From NCBI GenBank assembly GCA_051362555.1, contig CM120640.1, positions 62,474,788-62,538,787 of the forward strand: a DNA stretch of 64,000 bases. Reading direction: 5' to 3'. The notes under the pieces are model-generated. The model saw only the letters and a list, made by a program, of their open reading frames with translations, was not told the origin of the DNA and did no database searches. A program made the translations under genes and the position numbers. How positions within the stretch are numbered: position 1 is the first letter of the stretch; each line of letters starts with the position of its first letter. Shown piece after piece: positions 35,507 through 50,500 of this stretch. The stretch comes from Lingula anatina (taxonomy: Eukaryota > Animalia > Brachiopoda).

Positions 35507-38500
35507 ATGGCGGCGGAAGTTGCAGGTGCTTCAGAAACGGAGAAGGATACGGACGGCACCTCTACTCCAATGCAGAGAATTTTTTCCGTCGCCGAGTGCT
35601 CCGTAGAGAGTGTCTCAGTATATTTGGACCGTGCAGAAGTATGCAGGTCAATCAAATTGGATGCTACACCGGGTGATCACGAAGTGATCGTCAAAGGCTT
35701 GTCCTGTGAAATCGACTCGGAGTCGATTAGGTAGGTTTAAAGTTGTTTACAGTCTTAATTATCAGTGATTGGAGCATTTAATTGATATACACGTGCGGTG
35801 TATGTAAATTTGACGTTATTATGTTCAGTATTACAGTATGCATTTAATTAGGAGTGCACGTATACCACGCATTTTTAGTTTGAGACAGTTGAAGTGAGGT
35901 GACATTTAAAAATTAATGCGTAAAAATAACGCTAAACAGCTTAATTAATACCTCGTATAGATAGCAAATCACCTATACTGTTGTGAAAATATGGATGATT
36001 ATAAAAATGCAGATAATGCTATAATTTCATGTTACAAGATAAGGTACCAGTGATCAGAATAGGTCATTGACTTTCTAAGGGAATAATTATGAATCATCTT
36101 ACTGTCTAATATGTAGTCATTATCAGTAATATTGCTATTATTGAGTCATCCAGGTGATGACTAGGAATGCTTCCTTCATTATCAGAAAAGAGCCACCTCA
36201 GGACTTGATGGACTGGTGGTTAAGAGTGATTCAGGCATGATAAATATTTTGTTTTACTTAATTATCTTTTTAGAAAATTGTGATGCACTGTTGAGTGTAA
36301 AATGAAGAATTGAACGAGTAGCAATGCATTGATTTAAGAGGCTGTTTCAGTGAATTGTATTTTAAAAGTGAATGCAATAGTGTGAAAAATTAAGAAATAT
36401 GCTAATCATTATAGAATTGTAAGTCTGTGTTAATTATTCACAAATTTCAAATACTTCACAAAAATGGTATTTTGTTGCTTTTTCATGATTTTTCATTTTT
36501 ATTTACTGACAAAAATATATTCCTGGGATGAATCCAACCTTCTGTGTAGAACTTTCAGTCTTCTTTTTCTGATATTAGCAACAAAATGTTGGTTATCAAT
36601 TTTGCTCCAAATGTACTTAAGTCAATTAAAACCTGTACCCTTTCAATTGAATCAAGATTATTTTTTAAAAATTTTATTGCTCAAGATATGTTTGGGGTTT
36701 ATTAGTAAATAATCTTGATAATTAACAGGCTCTGGGTAGAGTTCAATATTTTGTATTGGATCACATATTTATTTACAATTGCAATTGTGAACTATGCCAG
36801 TATTTTTCAAATAGTAATTGTGTTAGGTCTGGAGATACATTAAATTTTATAGCATGTAATAGGATGAGAAAAAGATACTATTAATTAGGAGTTTTACACT
36901 CTGTAAATTTTTATATAAGCTTATGTATACTTGGATATTTATATTGATTGGTAAATCATTGATAGAGATACAGAGACATAGGTGATATAAGGACAGATGG
37001 TAATAGTTGCCAGGTCATGTACCCTTTTAATTTCCTAGCAAATTGAAGAAATTAATTAGAAGTAACAACCCAGACACATCTATTGCATAACTTGAGATGT
37101 CTGGGAGTGTGGTGTGGTTTACTTGTACTTGACTTGGAAGGCTGCCAGCTGATAAATCAACTGCAAAAACCAGTTTCTTGCTGTTTTTCACAAGTATTTA
37201 TCCCTGCCAGCATCTTGTTTTATTGAAAAGACGCTGCTAGTGAGTTTTTGGAAGGTCCCTGGAAGATGACAAATAGCATGTTGGTTATGTGTTGTGATAG
37301 TTTGGATTTTGGGTAGATGCTAATTTTGTAAAATTGTTACAGAACTTAAATTATCCATAAATAATCTTAAATGTTGTCTGAAGTAAAATGTTGCTCAGTT
37401 AAAGAAGAAAAAGTGTAGATGATGATGTAGGCCATTTTTTTATTAACAGTTGCTGAGACTTTGAAATGAGATTTCCTTGATTTTCACCTTTATCATTTGT
37501 TTTTTTTTCCTACAATTTTCCTTATTTTTCCCTGGGAAGTTATTACCTCATACTTACTGTTAGCAGTTAGGCGGAAATTGGTTATTTACTCTGGCATAAA
37601 CATAGGGCATGCATGATTGATGAGCTATTAGAGCAAAGAGCTGAATAAATAACCTGTGTCAGTTATTTATGTAATGAAGTGGGATATGAAGGGGAACAGT
37701 TAGTTGTGGTGGTGGTGGTGGTGTTAGGAGGAGGGGGGGGGGTGCTCACAGGCTACCTCCACATACCATTGAACTTAACAATATTGATGTTCTAAACTAG
37801 TCTTGTTGAAGTCTTCTGTTCTAATATTACAACCAATAATTGATCTAAATACTTTCCCGAGGCCTACCGTGCTCTGGTAAAGGCCCTAAAATAGAATAAT
37901 CAATAGTTGTTCAGAATTATTCATGTTTCTGGCAGAGTACACACGGTTGAACCTTGGATATGGATTTCTGTGCAAGGCTGAACATCTTTGAGCTATATAC
38001 TGTAGTTAACTGCTTAATTGACCAGCCCAGATGAGACAAACGATAGAAACGAAGCTCCTATAGTACTGTTGTAGGTCCTAGTATTGGGAATTTTGAGCAG
38101 ACATATTATCCTATAACATGCAATGGTGTCTGCTTTGCTTGATTCCCCTGCTCACCACAGGCTGACAGATACGCACTCAGAGAAAAGAAGAAAATAAGCT
38201 TGAAATCAATTTTGTTAGAATAAATTCTGGTATGCGTTACATCAAGGTGCTTTATTATGACCGATACATGATGACTTAAGGCACCCAAGTCTAAATATTG
38301 AAATAAAAAGAAGCTGATCAATCTGGCAAGATAAACCTACGCAAACTGTGTATACCCCGCTGTTGTATCACCGCCCAACAGAGGTGAAAATGCCATGGAT
38401 GCAGCAAACATGTCAAAAGTCAAATTGCTGATCAGTTGTGTAAAAGACATTCTGGGTACACCTGGGCCTCATTAGGCTTAAAAAGCTTTCAAATGCAACC

Positions 38501-41500
38501 TTTGATTTAAAGAACCCAAACCATACCAGAACAAATGTAACGATCAGTTTAGAAAAAAAAAGTAAGTCTAGTTAATGTCGGTGTTACGTGATATGTTGTA
38601 TCTAATCAGGGAGGGAAGTTTAGAATTCTCTTCCAAGATGTTGATAAAGAAATGAAAGTGGTATTTTGAAAATGCAACCTTCTGACACCCTAATGTAGCG
38701 TTCTAATGATGTTTGCATCCTGAAGTATACTCTCTGCTGGATAAGCAATACATTTTCTGAAGTGTTGGACCAGTACGTTTCAAGGTGTACAAGCCAGTTT
38801 GGTATATAGTAGAGCTGTGATAAGAACTTCTTGGAAAGTTGAACAGGAAAAGACATATTTTCAGTGTGAACTTAAAATAAAGGTGTGCTCTTGAACTGTT
38901 TTCAGATCTTCATATTTTAGTAGATATTGTTATGCTCCCAACATTTTGCGGCAATTTGAGGTTCCTTGTCATCATCATTGCATCATTTGCACTTTTTTAT
39001 TTGTTCGCTTTTAGGTGGGTGATTTAAGAATGTGTTACTGGATAATGCAAGGCAGGAAACAGAATTTTTCTTTTTCCTCATTTCTGTCTTAGTGTATTCT
39101 GTGTACCTGCCATGCTGGACCATATGTTAGAATTCTGCAATTGTACATCATTAAAGGAAATGAGCAGGTTAACTATGATTACATCTATATCGTTAGAATG
39201 ATTGACATGCCATGCCATGCAATTAAAGGGTACGAAATGTGTATTATTATGTAGGGATAATGAAAGGTTATAAATATATGCCGAGATCATTTACTATAGC
39301 TTTACACTAATCCATAGAATAGTAAAGCCATAGATATCAGGTTGAACTAAAGCTGAGACACTTGATTGCAGCTTCACATGACTGAATGGAGAAATTATAG
39401 TGCAGTTGCAAAAAGGATAGATTGCAATTAAATAATACTGGGGTTGGGAATATGCTATGTTTTTGTGTAAAATAAAATTAATCATTTATGAAAGTAATTA
39501 TTGCATATGATCAGGGTTGTGTTAGACAGAAACACTGACAGCACTGGCTGAATAAGATGCATTGCTGCAAGTTTATTACTACATAAAGCTTGGTTTTCTT
39601 GACACAAATCACTCAGTTCCAAGGGATTATGTGATTAGCATTACTTGTTAACATTATATGTGTTTAATTCACAATTTGATTATGATTATTTTGATTATTT
39701 TACATAGGGTTGAAGGTAAAGGGCCTGCTACTATAAGTGAGGTATCATTCCAAGTGAAGCATGTTGTGCCAGACCAGGCTGAGAAAAGTGAAAAACAGAA
39801 AGAATTAGAACAAGAACTAAAAGAAGCAAGGAAAAAAGAAGGTTTTTTAGTTGCCAGACAACAGCGGACACAGAAACAGAAAGATGTTTTGAATGGATTT
39901 GCAGACAGCTTAACGAAAGATGCAGGGAAAAATAAGGTAAGACGACATTGAAAGGGGCCTCTTCTTTTGAACATTTATTGGATATTTTGAACTCGTCCAT
40001 GGCCACAACAAACAAATTTCTGAATAAGCCAAAAACAATTTTTGAAACACTGTTTTATGCCATGCATATTAAAAAAAGAGAAAATTGTCACAGAAATTGT
40101 TTTAATGCCTACTTGGCCATAGACCTAAAATCATCTATTCCTATCCAATTACTGTGTATTTATTTACTTAGTATGTGTATGTAAATAGTGTGTGTATATC
40201 TGAAGTACACAGTACACATTTTACCCTCTGTCTGTGCAGAGTTGACATGAAAAACAAGGCTCAATTACATACTCAATATCCATATTTGCACATACTTGAT
40301 TGATTTCTCTCTTTGTAATCAATGGAACCTGTTAGATTATCTATTTCATTCATCTGTTAGAATGATACAAGAAAAAACCTGTATAGCAATCAAACGTTAA
40401 AAATTATGGTCACCTGGAGAAGATGACATTATAGACTTTAACTTTCGTTTGAAGAACACAGGAATGAAATAAGAAGAAAAGTCATATAGCCAAATACAAG
40501 TACACTAAATAGGTTTTCAAAATTACAATTATTTAAGGGGAAATTAATTTACATTTGTACTTTAATTGTTAATTTATTGGGGTATGATAAGCTTTTATTT
40601 TATAAGATATATTATTTGGATTTGACTGTCTGTTTTAATTAGAATGAGCAAGATATCAGTACGAGCTGTCATGGATTTGTTTAATTTTAGGAAGGACAGC
40701 CTGTTGCATTGTGTGGTATGTTGGATGATGGACTTCTCTCAGGGATGAGTGGATTTTTTGACTTCTATGAAAAACAAGCATCAAGGCTCGATGAAACACT
40801 CCATGACTTGACACAAGAGTTGGAAAAATTGCGGCAGCAAATTTTAGCACTACAGAGCAACCTCCGTGATATTCAAAACTCATCTGGAGAAAGTATCTCA
40901 AGGTAAAAGCCAAAATAGAACAACCTGATATAAAAAGTCCAAATGTAAAGACCTTATGATATTTAAATAGAAGCCTGTATTGAATTTGCCTGGTTACTTT
41001 TACACAATATTAGTGTATAAAGTCAATGACATGCTATTGGTATTTCATTTGTGCTTAAGTGTTCCCCGGGGAGGAAGGCTTATTAAGTACATACAGCTAG
41101 AGACAGAGCACTGTTAAATACATAAAAAACTGCCAATACGCCATCATCCTGCCGATACTGTCATGTTAATAGATAGTAGCTATATTTAGCAGTAGGACTG
41201 ACAATGAGACCATATAAGATGTATTGGCATACAATATGGTGACAGTCTTAATTGTCAGCTTGGCAAGGTGAAAAGAAATGGAAACCACAGAAAAGATTCA
41301 CTATTTGCACCTTTTATTTTGTAGAATTTTAAAATGTTCATTGACGCAAATGCTAAGAATCTCCTTTTAACTAAATGACAAAACATGATTAATATATGCA
41401 TGCAGTGTTTACAGAATATCTGTGTCAAATCAAAAGGATTTTGTATTAAAAAACAGTGCTAGGTCAATACAGTGTAGTAGGTACTTCTCTGCACAATTGT

Positions 41501-44500
41501 CTGGGCACTTCTCTCTAAGGGAGTCGATAATACAAACTTGTATGAATGCCCAGTGGAATGTGATATGGATGTGTCTTCTGACCTGCTGCAGATGTTGTTT
41601 TTTATCATTATCATTGACTGATCTTGTGCTGGAGCTGGAGTAAGGTCATATAAGGCAAATAGATTGTGATATATGTTAAAAATTGTGGATTTTGATAAAT
41701 AAGCAATGCATTAGACAAGTTGTAAATTTTCTTTAAATGCTGTTAGAGGTAATTAACTTTAGCTAGGTAAAATTATTGTTTTGACACTTTTTCTTTAAGG
41801 TATACAAAATGCGTTTAAATATATTTCAATGTCATATCTGTATATCTGTCATGTCTGTATATCTGTCAAAGCTATGCATTTTTCCAAAGACCGTAAAAAA
41901 TGATAAAACCCCTTGTCAGTGCACTGCTTGTCAATATTTTCTTCTATGATGTACAGGAAGACGTTGATCTAAATGTCTTGCCAGACATTTAGAAAAATTA
42001 TTTAATTAGAAATAGTATAAAACATTGAATCAAAGTGCAAGGACTGGACATGTAGTTATTTGTGAGTAGGAGAATAATTTTTTGTTTAATGAGGGAAATT
42101 CAATTTAGAATATCTTTAAAAGTAGTTATTTAGTCAAATAAAAATGAAAGTTTAAAATCTTGTCATACTTTGGCCCATTTTTTTATTTATTTAAAAACCA
42201 ATCAATATATTATAAAGCTTGTATTCTGCTTTTAAGTGAACATTCAGACCCTGCTCAGATTATTCTGTTGACAATTTCATTTTGATTGTCAGTCACAACT
42301 TATTCCATTTCCTTGATCAACATCTGGGAAGCTCTAAACTTTGTTGAATTTAACAAAGTACTGAATACAACCTATCACACATTTTTCCTTTTGAACAAAT
42401 ATCTTGTATGGATTGGGAGAATCATAGGTCAACTGTAAAAATCAGCTTGTTTGTAAAACAAATAGTTAGCTTCATTCATTCTTAATGAGGGATTTGTTAA
42501 CTTGAAAGGTGTTACAAGAAAATATTGTATGTCAGAATCCAGGATTGATGCATAATTCGTGTTTCTAGTCAAATTGAATTGACCTATCTGAGAGGATGGT
42601 TTGACTAGGAGAAATTTTCACCATAGGCATCAATGCAAATCTCTCTTGCTGTAGAGCTATCATGCCCTCTAGAAACGCTGTAGAAAATTCAAACGTCTAA
42701 AATTTAGAGGAATGGATACATGCACCCCTCTTCCTCCCCCTCTCCCACTTGCACCCCCTACTTTATTGGGGGACGTACTGGGTCAACCAGATAATATGCA
42801 ACTTATATTTTATTATAAACTCTGGCTGGATCACATTCCAACACCAACACTTCCCAATATTTCAATGTAATATTTGAATATTTGACCATTTATTTGGTCA
42901 CTTAGTGGCCAAGATAAGTTCATATCAAAAACTAACGTTGTACGGTTACCCCAGCAAAAAAATGAATGAATGGGATGCTTTTGCTACGAGCTATATTTTT
43001 TCTTTTAAAAAGAATAATTGGGGGCTTGTGGGCTTTGTTCTTACTATCATATGTATTTAAGGTACGTTGTATTTTCTCTCAGGAGACAATATTTTGATCA
43101 CTTTTATTCAGACCCTCTATCTGTATCTGATCCCAGAGGATACAAATTCTAGAAATTTAATTATCGCTTTGTAGATGAAGTTGAGTAGTTGCCTAGTTTT
43201 ATCATTAGTTTTGGATGTGCTCCATAGCTTGAAGAGAAAAAGATGTATAGTGCACATCAAGTTCACATGGAAACAAGGTTAACACTGAAGCAAATTATAA
43301 GTTATCGATCTAAATGTAATGTCTTCAGAAAGCAGGGGCTGGGGTAGAGGGGGAGAGAAAACTTTGGTCCATTGGTGTGAAGCCTTAATATAGATCTATT
43401 TCTGCAAGAAAAGATATTATGGTGTTTGTTTTTGAAATGTTTTACCTGAAGGTGAATTCCAAGGCTGTGAACTATTTCAACCGTGTCTGATAAGATTATG
43501 AAGGATTGTATACCCTGCTGTCAATCTGCTGTTTCTTTCCAATAAAATTGGCCATTGTGAACCAAAGTAGCCAATATGGGCACTTAACGGTCATGAACAG
43601 TGTTTGTTTTGTATTTATTTCATGGTTTATCTGCTGTAAGAAGTGTGTACAAGTTATACTGGGCAAACAGGGGTCAAGTGCCTTTGAATAGCCTACCCAG
43701 CAGAGAGTGTTGATTTTGAACATGGCCTCTGTTTTCTTAAAATACATAAATAGAGTGAAGTAGCTGATATTGTTATTGCTGGAAATTTTGTTTGAAAGTT
43801 CATTAGCTTGTTCCACCTGTCCTTTCCCTCCAGTTATAGCTCTATGTAATTATCAATCGACCACATGTTGTAAAATCTTTATGGTACTGCTGATATTGCT
43901 TGTGTGGTATATTACCATATATTTGGTATAATAAATAAAAAAGAAATTGTATAAAATAAAATAAAAGGAATATAAAAATAAAACGAAGTATAGATCTAAA
44001 TATTTTGTATTTATTTAAATTAGACCAGCCTGTGAATAATGGAACCTTAACAAAACAAAATAGAAGCAACGTGGCATTTAACATTGTTTTGCGCATGTTG
44101 ACTAGAGATTGGATTAACAAAGCCACATTTTGCAAAAAAAAATTGTACATTTTTTTCACTAATCTTGATGTCCAAACTGACTGCCTTGCCTCATCATGGC
44201 CTCTACTTGAGAGTCTGCAGCCCTTTGCAAATTAGCAACTGCTACTAGTAACTACTTGCTTCAATATGGCTGTGGAAATACATATACCCATTTGTAAGTT
44301 GTAAGGAAACTTGAGGAGAGTTTTCATCTTGATGAGACAGTGTGCCTGACTGGATGATGTGATAAGATTCAGATGAAGGTGTACAGCTCTAAAATCATTT
44401 CTTGTTTTGTACCTAATTTTTTTTGTTATTCGATATATCTACTTGATTGTAATTTGTATTGGTATCTGTATAGAGAGTAAACAGCATCTGGAGATACTTT

Positions 44501-47500
44501 TTTTAGAGTAGGGTGTTTCTTATTTTATTTATTGTGGTAACATTTACTTCAACAAGCTAAACTGCAGTAATAACTCAGATATCAGCAGATGATAAAAGTA
44601 TTAAGGAAACACTCAGTGGGTTGGTTATTCCTGTATTTCATGCAGATATGTTTAGTTGAAAGGTATATAAACTTTTGTGATAACTTATGGCTGATGTAGC
44701 AGATGAAAATGTATAACTTGAAAGTTTGCAGTGGATTGATGAAATGATACACACAGGTGGAATTATTGTAAAAGGATATTACACCCAAATACATCAGTCA
44801 AAAATTCAAATAATCTGGAGCGATATGGCATTCTTTTCTGTACCCTGAATATACTTGACCTCCATATCTTATTTTGTGATGCTAACTTGATGTGTTAAAA
44901 GCCTTTCATATAAAACAAGGAAATCAACACTTAGTATGGAACACTGACTTATGACATCTTCAGGGATATTAATACTATTGGGTATACAAATGCCTTTAAT
45001 ACTGTATATCTGTTGGGGCAATTGCAGTTCATCTATCATTATGCATCAGGCCTGTATCTAGCCTTTTCAAATGTGGGTTCTTTTTCTGAGAAAGTGGACC
45101 ATTTAACAACCTTAGTTGACCAGCGAAAGAAATTAATTAAAACCTCCATCAAATTTTGATGCAAGGTATATCTTTTCTGGCCATAAGGGTGAAACTTTCA
45201 AATCCCCCCTTTCCTATGGGCCTGTGTGTTGTTTATTATCTTGCGAAAAGCATTTGAGACTTGCTGCATTTCTTAAGGGATTAATAGTATTTGTTTGCAA
45301 TGTCCAAATAGGTTCACCCTGTAATTCAGACTTCATTTAGAATTTATCTGCACAACCAATAACCCTTTGCCTTTCCAAAAAATGAGGAGTGTCTGTGGAA
45401 AATTTTAATATACTGTTAATTCTCCTCAGCCTGGGGAGCTAATATTGGGAAAATTGTCATTTTTACTTGGATCGGTTTTTCAAGTGCCATAAAAAAGAAT
45501 GTGATTGCATGGGCTTTTGAGCTCATTTAAAGAGGAGCAGCCATTCTGAGTAGATTCATATAATTTATCAGATAAGGATGAAGACATAAATTATTCATCT
45601 CAATTCTGAATAGTATGCTGTCATATGTTTGATGTGATACCATTGAAGAGGGTTGATCTTACTGCATACTGAAACATTTTATATTAGAGGAAAATTGATT
45701 TTTTTCAACTTTGATCAAGAGGTACAAATTTGTTTCATCATGTTCTTTTTTGTTGCTAAATACTAATAGAAAGGTGATATAAACACCATGTTATAATTAC
45801 TACTATAGGAGGATCTTTGTTTTAGACTGTGGGCTCTTGCAAATGATAGTCTAGAGAAATACACACAATACGTTTTCTTTCATTTTCTTCAGCTTATGTC
45901 CCCTGTCTTAAGCTTTTTATAAAAAGATACAAAGTGACACAATCTGACCACACATAGGTCTTTAAAATGCTACTTGTGGGAAACATCCCATCATGCAACC
46001 AAGTTGTAGTCATTTTTGATTCCATCATGTGGTTTGTCACTCTTTATAGTGACACTTGTTCAGTGGAAAGCTCCATAAGCAGACAGGAAAATGCATGGTT
46101 CATTGAACCAACCACTGATAATGTCTGATATAGGCGTATTGCGCCTTCAAGGAAACCAATGGCAGTGTGATCATGTGTTGAAATATTCATGAATGGCAGT
46201 CACTGATGCATATAAATATGACGTTAACACGTATTGGCACAAGCATGCCTATACAGACTGCTCACAAATGTAGAAATAGAAAGCAGAGAGCAGAGAAGTC
46301 AATATATAAAATTCCGTAAATTTACCAAAGAGTCATTATATTGTAGATGTCTATGAGATTAGCAAATTGTGGAGAGATAAAAATGCTGTTGGTATAGAAT
46401 GGAATGGATAGAAATTGACATTTGTCTGTGTTCTGTTTTTTGACGATGATAAAGGACGGCTGAATTTCTTTTTTTTTTTTTAAATAACAAAATGGGTACT
46501 TTAATTCTTCATGGCATTGACTTTTCTTGATTCACTCAATTAAAGAATTAAGACTGATTTTTCAGGAAATTTGTGATTTATGTATATATAAATATATATA
46601 TCTGTCATTAATATATAAAGTTGCCATGATGCCAATGTAAGCTGGTCATTCAAATTATTCAAGCAAAATGGACTATTGTTAACATTGTTAAAATAATCCT
46701 TGCATAACATTGTTTTTCTTCTTCCACTTTGAGAGTGTAAAATAATTTTATTATTTGATCTTGTCCATTTAGGCACAAAACCAGCACTGAAAAAATGTTT
46801 GATTTTATTTTCTAGGGAGGCCTCCATTCTTGTGGAGGTAAAGGAAGCCAAGCCGGTGAAGTTATTGGTGTCTTATATAGTCTACAGAGCAAGCTGGTCA
46901 CCTAAGTATGACCTGAGAGTGTTCAGTGATGATGGACTGATGAAGGTGAGAAACTCAACAGAAGTCAGGTGCTGTCTAATTCTGGTCACTCTTAAGATAT
47001 CATCAACCCTTGTGGTAATGCTATGATGATTAACATGCTAAAAAACACAAAACAGGCTTGATATTAAATCCACCCTTACTAAAAATATCAGTTACAAATC
47101 AAAGTTCTCCAGTATACTCTACTATAAAAAAGTTTATTCCCCCCCCCCCCCAAAAAAAAAAAAGAAAGTTTATATCATTTTTTTTTAGACTTTTGGGGAA
47201 ATGCAGATATTTGTGCTCTACAGGGATTGATGGGGAAAATAATTAATTTCATCATTCCAGGCATCTTAAAATGTCAGTTTGTGTTTTTTCTTGTTGTTTT
47301 TACATTGTTATGTATCTAGTACCTCACATAAGTTTTGGGTATATTCCTTGTTTTTATTTTCAGATCCACTATTTTGGTCTTATCCAGCAAGCCACAGGGG
47401 AAGACTGGGTGGATGCCAAGCTCTCTTTGTCTACAGCGACACCTAGTGTTGGGGGCAGTGTTCCAGACTTAGGGACATTACGACTCACTTTTAAGCCAAA

Positions 47501-50500
47501 AGGGTATAAATAATATTTTAGTTATATTTATATAGGTGTAGAAACATATTAAATTGGTTTTAAATTCTACTACTGCTTTTGAAAAATGTCATTTATGGGT
47601 ATCAGCAGATATAACATTTCTTTTTGATATTTATATTTTACACTTTAAATCATACTAATAACTACATAGAATCAGTTAATCTATTAAATTAAATGTTAAG
47701 ATTTTGATTTGATAATTCTAGTTATATAGCCAGACTTTAAGTCAAAACGCTATGCTATTTTTGATATAAAGGTATTTTGTTTGGAAAGATATTTTATTGC
47801 AGCATTTTTGTTGGTAGTAACATGACGCAGAAAGGCCAGTTAGCGATGTGAACTGTCATGTCCACATGGCATTGAGAATTACTATTCAAGTCTTTCTCAA
47901 GGATGGAGTTCTGTCATTTTAGATGATAGATGAGCAAAAGAGAGAGACAAAGTAGTATTTTTAGTAATAATTTTACATTGTCAATTGGCATATCTCCAAA
48001 TATGCCTTTTGAACTGTCATGTACATATTGGACGTTACTGTAGACTTTTTTCATATTTGCCAAGCTGTCATGCCAAGATGCTACAGTAAACATAACATTT
48101 TTTTTTCTTAAAAATAAGTTTGCATCATTTCATTAATGAATTTGCAAACAGTTTGAAATATTTTTTAACCAATTTTATTTTGCCAAAGAAAGTTGTTTTA
48201 GGAATTTTTGGCCTAAATAATTTTTCTTTTGCTTGAAAAATCACTTGGGAGCAAGTTTTCTATATACTAATGGGATTTGCAACCACAGCCTAGAACCCTA
48301 AATACAGACATTTCATTTAGTTTTTTAAAAATACCAGACATATGTTTTTAGATATAAACACCAAATGTGCACTTGTTTTTGTAAAGGCACTATGGTGGTA
48401 TGGAGCCCATGGGACCTTTAAGAAAGTTCTTAGGTCTGAGAAAAAGCATTCATCATGAACCGCCAGTGTGTATGGATGAAGAAGAAGTAGAGCCAGTTCC
48501 TATGATGTTTGGTGCTTGTTACAACCAGTCTGAGAGGATTGAGGCTGTTCAGCTTGTTACAGAGGTGTGAAATATATGACAAGTTACCCCTTCCTCTCCC
48601 CTTCTGAGCTTTTGGCTCATACACAAATGAACCTTCCTTTAAAATTAAAAAGAAATGGTGATTGTATCCCTCAAGGTTCTGAGACTTCCATGTGGTTTTC
48701 TTCAGCTGTAGCTAACTAATGAAGTTGTCCTGGCAGCATGCCCACAGCACCTAGGCGGAAAAGGTGGAACGATAAGCCATTAACCAGATCTCATCCTTAA
48801 ATTGGTTTTAGGGATTTTTTTTCTTTGAATTTTCTTTACAATTAGCACTAACCTAGTAGATGGGGGCACATTATAACTAACCTCAAATGATTTATATTTT
48901 GTTGTGAACTTCAGCAGAAACTGTATGGTTTCTCAGGCAAGTTGGATTCTGATTAAGAAATAATCCAAGCTTTCTGTGGTGTGAGGTAAAATGTACCGTT
49001 GGGAAGCATGTGGGAATATCATTGTAAAAAGTATTGCCAAGTGATTTTAGAATCATGAACAGTCTGTGTTATAAGGTACTAGCCCAAGGAAATTGCCAAC
49101 ATAAAAAATAAAGAGGCAACGGGCTAGTAATAAGTTGATTTTTTTTAAACACTAGCCCACTTGTAGATACCTGATTGCCTTAAGGGCTAGTAGCCTGAAA
49201 AGTTTTTGGCACAGACTGCATGAACAGCTACCCGGTCAAATTTTGTGTAAGGGTACCTCAAATTTTATTTGAAGCTGCTGTTCTATTAATTTTTAAAAAA
49301 TTTTCTGATTATTATTATTATTATTTTTTTTTTTTGACAAAGTGGGAAATAGTGTGGTTCAGAACATGCTTTAAGTATTGCACTAATTGATGAACTAATA
49401 TGTATATGGGTATAACTCTACATGTTTGATTGTGCATATATGCATGTATTTGTGCTTATTTCTGCTTGTTTGTCCCTTTTCAGACACGTTAAGTTGCATG
49501 CCATTTTAGGAAAATGAGAGAGACTGAGAGAGAAAGAGAGAGCGAGTTTATTTGGTTCATAGTTAAGAATGAAAGGACGTATTTGTCAGCAGAGTGACGT
49601 TTTACATTTCTTGCTTTTTCTTTTAGGGCATTCATGGATATGAAGATATTCTCAGTACAACTAGAGGCCTAATATTGGATTCTTCCAGGCTTGCATAATT
49701 AAGAAATCAAAAATATATGCTAAGAATTCTTTTTAGGCACATAAAATCTTATAAACAGAAAAAAATATCATGGAGAGATCCACCTGTAGAAAACTGTATT
49801 GACTTAGACCTAGACCTTGAAGAATTGTCAGATATAGGAAGTCCTTCACTTCAAAGAAGGTCTGAGCCTCAACCAGATGTCAGCCATAGAAAATCCAAGG
49901 TATTCATTGGGGGGAAAAAACTCCACTTCCACTGCATGTTCGCCTTGTTTGAGCTTGCCATCATTTTCAGGCACAGTCGAGTTTCTTTGTAATCTTTGCA
50001 GCTGAAGCATGTGTTTCCTGCCTGATCCCACCGCTGCCACCGCAAACAATGTACCTTTAGTTTGTTTTCTATATAGGTCATTCCCATTGCTGCCACTGTT
50101 CTGTTTAGTTTTCTTCCAAGTAGGACATGTAGGGTTGTTGTCACCACAATCTGTCCTCATCTTCCTTTCACTACCTTATTTACTGCAGCCTGTATAGATC
50201 ACCACGGAAAGCCAAACGCACAAGTGGTTCATTCCGTTCTCAAGAGAAAAATTCCCCCAGAACCTTGGCTCCACCAGGACAGAACTTAGGGTCTGAGGAA
50301 ATGATGGATGGAATGGCAGCCAATTTTGATTTAGAGAATCATGAAGAGTCAGTAGAAATGACAGTAGCCAGTACAGAGGTACAGTAGGTTTGCAAGAAAG
50401 CAGGGGCGCAGGTCATAAATCAGAACCAAGACTGAAAACTTTTATCATGCAACGGGGCTTTTTTTTTGTCTTTTACTAAAGGCCTTTATGCATTTTGTTT

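Noticed and set aside
36000-46800. Many 60-106-aa ORFs in the large DUF4139 gene introns
   Set aside because: AT-rich, Phe/Ile/Leu-biased random ORFs with no domain motifs; no nested gene or retroelement ORF recognised.
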